Origin: Gemmatimonadota bacterium
GTDB taxonomy: Bacteria; Gemmatimonadota; Gemmatimonadetes; Longimicrobiales; Gaopeijiaceae
Assembly: GCA_039589315.1 (NCBI GenBank)
Contig: JBDHHQ010000104.1
Coordinates: 1 to 13,961, forward strand
DNA: 13,961 nt
Reading direction: 5' to 3'
This document shows, piece after piece, positions 7,372-13,961 of the stretch (the first letter of the stretch is position 1; every line of letters starts with the position of its first letter). The position numbers and the translations under genes are program-made. The notes beneath the pieces are model-generated. The model saw nothing but the letters and a program-made list of their open reading frames with translations. It did no database searches and was not told where the DNA came from.

Positions 7372-10040
7372 CGGATCCCCGCAGCAGCGACCCTGGCAGC
7401 CTGTCCGCGGCGCGTCCGCCGCGCCTGGCCGAGGCATTCCTGACTCGACTGCTTCCGGCGGCGGATCGCGAGGTACTGCGAGCCGAGCTGACCGAGCTCT
7501 ACCAGGTGCGGGTGGAGTCCAGAGGGAGGCGCCGCGCTGACCGGTGGTATTGGCGACAACTGTGGGCCTTCGGCGCGGCGGCGCTGCGGAGGCCGTGGGA
7601 GGTCGAGGCGATGGGCACGTTCACGCAGCAGCTCAGGCAATCTTTCCGCGCGCTGCGGCGCGCTCCGGCGTTCACCGTCACGGCAATTCTGACGCTGGCG
7701 TTGGGCATCGGGGCCACCGTAGCGGTGTTCAGTGTCGTGAACGGCGTGCTTCTGCAGGCTCTCCCCTACCCGGGTGCGGACCGGCTGGTGATGGTCTTCA
7801 CGGATTCACCGCCCAACCGGTGGAACTTCTCCGTCGCCGACTACCTCACGCTGGAAGAGCAGCAAACGGTCTTCGAGGACTTCGGCGCTCGCATGTATCG
7901 CCAGATGACGTACAACGGCAACGGCGTCGCCGAGCGGGTGCTGACCGCACACGTGACCCCGAGCTATCTCACCACCCTGGGGGTGGCTCCGAGCCTTGGC
8001 CGTGTGTTCACGCCCGGAGAGGGCGAGCCCGGAGCGCCCCTAGCCGTGATCGTGAGCCACGGTTTCTGGGAGACCCGGATGGGCGGGGACCCGGCAGCCG
8101 TCGAGCGGTCGATCCGCCTGGACGGCCGCGCCCATCGGGTCGTGGGGGTCATGCCCCCGGGGGTGGGTCCGCTGGAGGGCGCCACGGCGGATCTCTGGCC
8201 GGTCCTGCAGCTCGAGCCGCCGACACGCAAGGGACCCTTCTTCCTTCGGGTGGTGGGGCGGCTCGAGCCGGGCGTCTCCCGTGAAGCGGCAGTGGCGGAG
8301 CTCCGGCAGATCAACGCAGAGATGTTCCCCGTCTGGGCCGACTCGTACGCTGACCAACGGGCCAGGTGGGGAGCCATCTCGGCCATGGATTGGGTGGTGG
8401 GCGACGTGCGCCCGGCCCTCCTGGTCCTGTTCGGTGGAGCCATCTTCGTCCTTCTGATCGCGGCCACGAACGTGGCCAACCTCGTGGTGTCCCGGGCCAC
8501 CGTGCGGTCCCGTGAGCTGGCCGTGCGGTCCGCGCTCGGAGCCTCCGGGCTCCGGCTCGCCGTCTTCCAGATCACGGAGACCCTGCTGGTGGCGGTGGTG
8601 GGAGGCGCTCTGGGCCTCGTGCTGGCCCAGGTGGGTGTGGACGTGCTGACCGGATTGGCGCCGACCACCCTCCCGCGTATGGGCGAGATCGGCATCGACC
8701 CTTCGGTTCTGGGCTTCGCCACCCTCACGGCTCTGGGCAGCGGGCTGCTGCTCGGCCTGGTCCCGAGCTTCGGCCTGGGAAGACGCGACACCACGCGGTC
8801 GCTGCACTCGGGAACCCGCGGAGCGAGCACCGGCGGCGCGTCAAGGATACGGAATCTGCTCGTGGCCGCCCAGTTCGCCGTGGCCCTGCCCCTGCTCATG
8901 GGTGCGGGCCTGCTGGTCGGCAGCTTCGCGAACCTCCTGGACGTGGACCCCGGGTTCGACCCCGGGCGGATCGTGAGCTTCCAGCTTTCGCTGCCCGCCG
9001 CCCGCTATCCCGAGGCGACCGACGCCGACGCCTTCTGGAGCCGGCTCGAAGGCGAGCTGGCGGCGCTTCCTGGCGTGGACGCGGTGGGTCTGAACTCGTC
9101 GCGGCCGCCCAGCAACCTGAATGAGCACAACAACTTCGCCTTGGCCATCCGGCGAACTCCTCCGGGCGAGTCCGACCCGGGCGCGGCCTGGCTTGCGGTC
9201 GACCGTGGCTTCTTCGAGGCCCTCCAGGTTCCGCTGATCACAGGACGACTACACGATCGGGACAACCCCGTGCCCGGCGCGCTGGTCGTGGATCAGCGGT
9301 GGGTGCAGAAGCACGTCCCTCCCGGCATGGATCCGCTGGGTCTTCGCCTGGTTTCGGGATCCTGCACCGCCCAGGCGGAGCCCGAGCCGCCCTGCATGTG
9401 GCAGACCGTCGTGGGCGTAGTCGGGAGCGTGAAGTACACGGGACTCGACCGGGAAGACGACGACGGAGCCGTCTACTTCGCCCAACCCACTTCGGGATAC
9501 CGAAACCTCTTCGTCTTCATCGGTGGCGAGCGGGTCTCGCTGACGCTGATGCCCCAGGTCCGGGAGGTCGTGCAACGCTTGGACCCGGAGTTGGCCGTCG
9601 CCGGCACCGCGGGTGGTCAGGAGCTGCTCACGGCCTCGGTGGCCCGCCCTCGGTACCTGATGACCCTCTTCTCGGTATTTGCCTTCCTGGCCCTGACGTT
9701 AGCGGCCGTCGGCATCTACGGCGTCATGTCGTACTTCGTGAGCCAGCACACCCGGGACATCGGCATCCGCGTCGCGCTCGGGGGGCAGCGGACCGAGGTG
9801 ATGACGATGGTGGTGGCCCGCGGTCTGCGGCTCGCCGTCGTGGGCGTCGCGTTCGGTGTTGCGGCTGCCTATGTGCTCTCGCGGTTCCTGGAAGACCTGC
9901 TCTTCGGCGTGAGCGCAACGGACGCGGCGACGTTCGCCGTGATCGTGGCGGTCCTGACGGCGGTGGCGGCGGCGGCGTGCTGGCTACCGGCGCGCCGGGC
10001 CACCCGGGTCGATCCCATGGTTGCGCTGAGGACGGACTGA
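7368..10040 (+). CDS. ABC transporter permease, duplicated MacB/FtsX type (ADOP-like orphan permease)
   Basis: 890 aa. GTG overlaps the padR stop (GTGA). N-terminal prefix PPRLAE...WYWRQ. TLALGIGATVAVFSVVNGVLL; NVANL...RELAVRSALGA; second repeat AQFAVALPLLMGAGLL; GIYGVMSYFVSQHTRDIGIRVALG; C-terminus PARRATRVDPMVALR. No nucleotide-binding domain. Confidence 0.93.
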   Translation: MTDPRSSDPGSLSAARPPRLAEAFLTRLLPAADREVLRAELTELYQVRVESRGRRRADRWYWRQLWAFGAAALRRPWEVEAMGTFTQQLRQSFRALRRAPAFTVTAILTLALGIGATVAVFSVVNGVLLQALPYPGADRLVMVFTDSPPNRWNFSVADYLTLEEQQTVFEDFGARMYRQMTYNGNGVAERVLTAHVTPSYLTTLGVAPSLGRVFTPGEGEPGAPLAVIVSHGFWETRMGGDPAAVERSIRLDGRAHRVVGVMPPGVGPLEGATADLWPVLQLEPPTRKGPFFLRVVGRLEPGVSREAAVAELRQINAEMFPVWADSYADQRARWGAISAMDWVVGDVRPALLVLFGGAIFVLLIAATNVANLVVSRATVRSRELAVRSALGASGLRLAVFQITETLLVAVVGGALGLVLAQVGVDVLTGLAPTTLPRMGEIGIDPSVLGFATLTALGSGLLLGLVPSFGLGRRDTTRSLHSGTRGASTGGASRIRNLLVAAQFAVALPLLMGAGLLVGSFANLLDVDPGFDPGRIVSFQLSLPAARYPEATDADAFWSRLEGELAALPGVDAVGLNSSRPPSNLNEHNNFALAIRRTPPGESDPGAAWLAVDRGFFEALQVPLITGRLHDRDNPVPGALVVDQRWVQKHVPPGMDPLGLRLVSGSCTAQAEPEPPCMWQTVVGVVGSVKYTGLDREDDDGAVYFAQPTSGYRNLFVFIGGERVSLTLMPQVREVVQRLDPELAVAGTAGGQELLTASVARPRYLMTLFSVFAFLALTLAAVGIYGVMSYFVSQHTRDIGIRVALGGQRTEVMTMVVARGLRLAVVGVAFGVAAAYVLSRFLEDLLFGVSATDAATFAVIVAVLTAVAAAACWLPARRATRVDPMVALRTD

Positions 10041-10189
10041 TCGCTCTGGGCCAAACGAACCGGGGCGCACTGGATCGATCCTGAGAATGCGCAGCCTGGG
10101 TCTGCAGTTCTTCACGCGCTCTCGAGCGAGAGGCACGGCCGACGTACCCGGGCCACGGACCGTCGTGAGGGAGCGAGCGACGCGATCCC

Positions 10190-11854
10190 CTACCGCCCCA
10201 CTGGGTCGATCCACCCGGGCTGCACGATCTCGTAACCGGTCCGTTCCTTGGCCTCCTGGACCATGACGGCCACGTCCTGCAGGAGCTGGGGCGCGTCGAA
10301 GAGCATGCCGTCCTTGATCACCCAACGGACACCGCCTACGCGCACGGGTTCATTGTCGGCGGACAGCGCCACGGCACCGGTCCCGTACAGCACCTTCAGG
10401 TTCTCGAGCGGGTTCTCACCGACCAGCACGAGATCGGCCAGCTTACCTGCCTCCACGGTGCCCAGCTCGTGCTCCCGTCCGATGGTCTCGGCCCCGCTCA
10501 GGGTCGCCGCCCTCAGCACCTCCAAGCCGTTGAATCCGGCCTCACGCAGTAGCTCCAGCTCGCGGATGTAGGCGAAGCCGTACAGGCTGTAGATGAACCC
10601 GGCATCGGAGCCCACGGCCACGCGGCCACCCCGGTTCTTGTACTCGCCCACGAACGACATCCACAGCGCGTAGTTCTTCTTCCACTCGATCTCGTCGTCG
10701 GTGGACCAGGAGAACCAGTACGAGCCGTGGGCGTTCCGGTTCGGCTTGAACCACTCCCAGAGCACCGGAATCGTGTACCAGTCGTGCCACTCGGCCCGGC
10801 GCATGCGCATGAGGTCACGGCTCGCCTCGTAGATGGACAGGGTGGGGTCGAGGGTGAAGTCCAGGTCCACGAGCTCGTCCATCACCTGGTTCCAGCGATC
10901 GCTGTGGGGAGGCGCTGCCTGCTTCCACAGACGGCCAGCCTCCGCGAAGCGGTCCTGCTCGTCCAGGTAGTTGTAGTCGGGCGGATAGTCCTGGATGGTG
11001 CGGTCCTGGAAGAGGGCCTCCGGGAGCCCGTACCAGTGCTCCATGCTGTTCAGGCCCAAGCGCGCCGCCTCCAGCACGTTCATCCGGGCCACGTTCATCT
11101 GGTCCAGGTGGGCCATGGTGCGCAGGCCCTGGGCGCGCGCCTCGTCGATGGTGGCCTCCATGATCGCCGGAGGCAGCGTGCCCAGCTTCAATCCGTCCGC
11201 TCCCTGTTCGGCGACGCCCGCCACCCAGGCGCGGGCCGCCTCTGGCGTATTGAGCGTGCCCTCGACCCCCTGCGCGAAGCGGACGTAGGCCTCGATCCTC
11301 GGCGCCGTGATCTCGCCAGCCGCGCTCCGCCGCTGCTCCCGTAGCGTCCACTCCAGCCCGTTGCCGGCACCGGGCTCCCTGATGGTCGTCACGCCGTGTG
11401 CCAGCCACAGCTTGTATACGTACTCGGCAGGCGGTCCCTGATCGAGGCCGGGCGGGAGGCTCTCTCCGCCGGCGAGCGTGAAGCCGACATGCGCGTGCAC
11501 GTCGATGAAGCCAGGCAGGAGGAAGAGGCCGTGGGCATCGACCTCCCGACCACCAGGGGCCAGCGGCGGGCGCCGGGAGGACTCCACGGGCAGGCCTGGC
11601 ACTCCGACGCGCCGCACCTCGACGATGCGGTTGCCCTCGACCACGACGTCCACCGGGCCGACGGGCGGCGCCCCCGTGCCGTCGATGAGCGTCGCCCCCC
11701 GAACGATGAGCTGGGGAAAGGGGCCTTCGCCCCGGGTCCGATCGGGCGCTCTGAGGACGGAAGACTCCTGACCGACCCCGATCTGGGGCAGAAACAGGCA
11801 TGCGGTCATTGCCAGGGGGCCGAGTATGACGGATCGGCGGGCGCGTGCTCGCAT
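10190..11854 (-). CDS. Metal-dependent amidohydrolase family protein, probably exported
   Basis: 554 aa. LIDGTG beta-sandwich start, PGFIDVHAH (HxH), GLKLG, AHLD, EHWYG, GSDAG, GTVEAGKLADLVLV. Basic plus hydrophobic N-terminus resembles a Sec signal peptide. SD AAGGAG lies 9 nt upstream. Confidence 0.9.
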   Translation of the reverse strand: MRARARRSVILGPLAMTACLFLPQIGVGQESSVLRAPDRTRGEGPFPQLIVRGATLIDGTGAPPVGPVDVVVEGNRIVEVRRVGVPGLPVESSRRPPLAPGGREVDAHGLFLLPGFIDVHAHVGFTLAGGESLPPGLDQGPPAEYVYKLWLAHGVTTIREPGAGNGLEWTLREQRRSAAGEITAPRIEAYVRFAQGVEGTLNTPEAARAWVAGVAEQGADGLKLGTLPPAIMEATIDEARAQGLRTMAHLDQMNVARMNVLEAARLGLNSMEHWYGLPEALFQDRTIQDYPPDYNYLDEQDRFAEAGRLWKQAAPPHSDRWNQVMDELVDLDFTLDPTLSIYEASRDLMRMRRAEWHDWYTIPVLWEWFKPNRNAHGSYWFSWSTDDEIEWKKNYALWMSFVGEYKNRGGRVAVGSDAGFIYSLYGFAYIRELELLREAGFNGLEVLRAATLSGAETIGREHELGTVEAGKLADLVLVGENPLENLKVLYGTGAVALSADNEPVRVGGVRWVIKDGMLFDAPQLLQDVAVMVQEAKERTGYEIVQPGWIDPVGR

Positions 11855-11953
11855 GGTCGAGCGCTCCTTGCGTCGGGTGTTGACTCGATCGTCAGACTAG
11901 CGCCGACCGTGCCAGCCCGTCGAGGATTGCCACGCCGGCCGCCGGAGCCCACG

Positions 11954-11998
11954 ATGCCTGGGAAAACCTGGAACCCGATCCAAGTGGGGGCTCGATGA
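11954..11998 (+). CDS. Putative 14-aa upstream ORF (MPGKTWNPIQVGAR) coupled to the SDR start
   Basis: GGAG at 11944-11947, 6 nt before ATG 11954. The stop overlaps the SDR start as ATGA (11995-11998). Confidence 0.3.
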   Translation: MPGKTWNPIQVGAR

Positions 11999-12747
11999 GC
12001 GGGAAACTCGTGGGCAAGGTCGCGATCGTCACGGGAGCTTCCAGCGGCATCGGTGCCGCTACGGCTCGGGCGCTCGCCCAGCACGGGGCGGCCGTGACGC
12101 TGCTGGCGCGGCGCGCCGACCGGATCGAGGAGCTACGTGAGGAGCTCACCGGCATCGGTGCGCAGGCCCTGAGTGCTCTTGCCGACGTGACCGCCAGGCC
12201 GGCAGTCGAGGCGGCGGTCGAGGCCACGGTCGAGGCCTTCGGTGGGCTGGACATCCTCGTGAACAACGCGGGCGTGATGCTCCTGTCCAACCTCGCCGAG
12301 GGCCGGGTGGACGACTGGGACCGCATGATCGACGTGAACATCAAGGGCGTTCTGTACGGGGTGGCGGCCGCGCTCCCCCACATGATCGAGCAGGGGAGCG
12401 GACACATCGTCAACGTGGGCTCGGTCGCCGGGCGGCGGCCGATTGCCACGGGAACGGTGTACGCCGCCACCAAGTTCGCCCTCCGGGCCATCTCGGCCGG
12501 AATCCACCTCGAGCTCTCGGCCCAGCGGGGGATTCGTGTGACCGACATCCAACCAGGGGCGGTGAGTACGGAGCTCGCGGATCACATCCAGGATCCCGTG
12601 GCCCGGGAGACCTTCCGGGCACGGTGGGTGGACCGGCGCATGCTGACCTCGGACGACATCGCCGAGGCCATCCTGTACGCCGTGTCCACCCCCAGCCGTG
12701 TCAACGTCAACGAGATCCTGGTCCGGCCGACCGACCAGCCCAACTGA
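11995..12747 (+). CDS. Classical short-chain dehydrogenase/reductase, probably NADP(H)-dependent (YdfG-like clade)
   Basis: 250 aa. TGASSGIG, LLARR (basic residue at the 2'-phosphate site), NNAG, catalytic Ser in GSVAG and YAATK, IQPGAVSTEL, C-terminal VNEILVRPT. Confidence 0.93.
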   Translation: MSGKLVGKVAIVTGASSGIGAATARALAQHGAAVTLLARRADRIEELREELTGIGAQALSALADVTARPAVEAAVEATVEAFGGLDILVNNAGVMLLSNLAEGRVDDWDRMIDVNIKGVLYGVAAALPHMIEQGSGHIVNVGSVAGRRPIATGTVYAATKFALRAISAGIHLELSAQRGIRVTDIQPGAVSTELADHIQDPVARETFRARWVDRRMLTSDDIAEAILYAVSTPSRVNVNEILVRPTDQPN

Positions 12748-13739
12748 TGGCCAGGGTCCTCGTCCTCCACGGCCCTCGCGACCTTCGTTACGAGGATCGG
12801 CCGACGCCTTCGCCGGGCCCGGGTGAGGTCCGGCTGGAAACGCGGCTCGGGGCGATCAGCGCGGGAACCGAGTCGGCCTGGTACTTCGGCACCGATCCCC
12901 AGCTGTACCCGAGCTTCCGACCCGGCCGGCTGGGGCCGGGCACATACCCCAAGACCCTCGGCTACGAGAAGCTGGCCGAGGTCGTGGCCGTCGGAGAGGA
13001 CGTGACCACGGCAGCGGCGGGAGACCGGGTCCTGGCGTACTATCCGCACGCGGACACCTGGGTGGCGCCGGAGCACCGGATCATCGCGGTACCTGATCAC
13101 GTCTCCGACGAACAGGCTGTGGCCGGCTCGCTCGCTACCGTGGCGCTCCACGCCATCCGCCGCTCCCGCATGCAGATCGGCGATGACGTTATCGTGACGG
13201 GCCTCGGCTTCGTCGGGCTCCTCACCGTCCGGTTCGCGCGCCTGGCCGGTGCCGGCCGCGTCGTGGCCACCGACCTCCTCCAAAAGCGACGTGAGCTGGC
13301 CGTCCGTCTCGGTGCCGACCTGGCGCTGGATCCCAGGGACGCCGATGTAGGCGACCGGCTACGGAACGCCGACGGTACGGGCTCGTTCGATGTGGCCTTC
13401 GAGACCTCCAGCTCGTTCGAGGCGCTCACTGACGCGATGCGGGCACTGAGGCGTAACGGTCGGGTGTGCATCGTGTCCCAGCTCAAGGGCGCCTACCCGA
13501 CGCATCCCACGCTCGGGATCGAGTTCCACCTGGACGAGCTGGAGATGATCTCCGCCGATGGCCGCGGCGACGTGCGCAAGCTCGCCAGGTGGTACTTCGC
13601 CGCACTCCAGCGAGGCGACCTGCCCGAACTGGACACGCTTTTCACGCACCGCGTGCCGTTCGAACGGATCGCAGAGGGGTTCGAGCTCCTCGAGCGTGAG
13701 CCCGAGAACGTCGTGAAGGTCCTCGTGACGTATGACTGA
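12747..13739 (+). CDS. Medium-chain dehydrogenase/reductase (MDR), BchC-like subgroup lacking canonical Zn ligands
   Basis: Start reassigned to ATG 12747 (TGATG overlap with SDR), giving 330 aa. GPGEVRL, ISAGTE, LGYE, VGEDVT..GDRV, Rossmann GLGFVG, VVATD, C-terminal VKVLV. Confidence 0.88.
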   Translation: MARVLVLHGPRDLRYEDRPTPSPGPGEVRLETRLGAISAGTESAWYFGTDPQLYPSFRPGRLGPGTYPKTLGYEKLAEVVAVGEDVTTAAAGDRVLAYYPHADTWVAPEHRIIAVPDHVSDEQAVAGSLATVALHAIRRSRMQIGDDVIVTGLGFVGLLTVRFARLAGAGRVVATDLLQKRRELAVRLGADLALDPRDADVGDRLRNADGTGSFDVAFETSSSFEALTDAMRALRRNGRVCIVSQLKGAYPTHPTLGIEFHLDELEMISADGRGDVRKLARWYFAALQRGDLPELDTLFTHRVPFERIAEGFELLEREPENVVKVLVTYD

Positions 13740-13961
13740 CGCGGCTCGGCAGCGGATCCTGGGCGGTCTCTCCCTGGACGAGGCGTGGCGTCATCTCCGC
13801 TGGCTGGAGGAGCACGCGCCGACGCGAATCTCCGGCACTCAGGACCAGGTTCGCGCCGGCGAGTACTTCGCCGAGACGCTCGAGGGCTACGGACTGGAGA
13901 CCCATCTGGACACGTTCACCGGGTACCGCAGCGTTCCTTTGCGGGCGTCGCTGTCGGTCCT
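13732..13961 (+). CDS. Partial CDS, probable M28-family peptidase/hydrolase N-terminus (truncated by window end)
   Basis: ATG overlaps the MDR stop by 8 nt (ATGACTGA) and stays open to the edge: MTDAARQRILGGLSLDEAWRHLRWLEEHAPTRISGTQDQVRAGEYFAETLEGYGLETHLDTF... The R-x-SGT...A.EY...L..YGL pattern resembles M28 N-termini. Metal ligands lie outside the window. Confidence 0.6.
   Translation, partial: MTDAARQRILGGLSLDEAWRHLRWLEEHAPTRISGTQDQVRAGEYFAETLEGYGLETHLDTFTGYRSVPLRASLSV

Noticed and set aside
10041..10189. Short hairpins between the convergent permease and amidohydrolase genes (e.g. CTCTC-GAGC-GAGAG)
   Set aside because: Stems are short with no U-tract on either strand, so an intrinsic terminator is not supported.
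12624..12746. Longer N-terminus for the MDR as given in the ORF track
   Set aside because: It would overlap the SDR by over 120 nt. MDR similarity begins at ATG 12747, which forms a TGATG junction.
71..13905. The many other overlapping 60-350 aa ORFs in the track
   Set aside because: Arg/Pro/Gly/Ala-rich alternative-frame or antisense translations lying within well-supported genes.

Overview
GC-rich bacterial window with three gene blocks. (1) A DNA-repair block: an AlkA/HhH-GPD glycosylase (+) converges on a minus-strand pair of long-form Lhr helicase (~1535 aa) and a Nei/Fpg-family glycosylase. (2) A PadR regulator translationally coupled to a duplicated MacB/FtsX orphan permease (ADOP type), with a sigma70-like promoter overlapped by two near-identical CTA-N7-TAG boxes. 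(3) A probably exported amidohydrolase divergent from a coupled SDR, Zn-ligand-less MDR and partial M28-like peptidase operon. The PadR/ADOP pair suggests Gemmatimonadota or Acidobacteriota (inference only). Signals absent from the ORF track: a 39-aa ORF bridging the lhr stop and nei start, a 14-aa SD-led uORF overlapping the SDR start, and a ~155-nt predicted multi-helix element in the lhr/padR spacer. I saw no tRNA, rRNA gene, CRISPR array or transposase. All calls come from reading motifs by eye; no database search was run.
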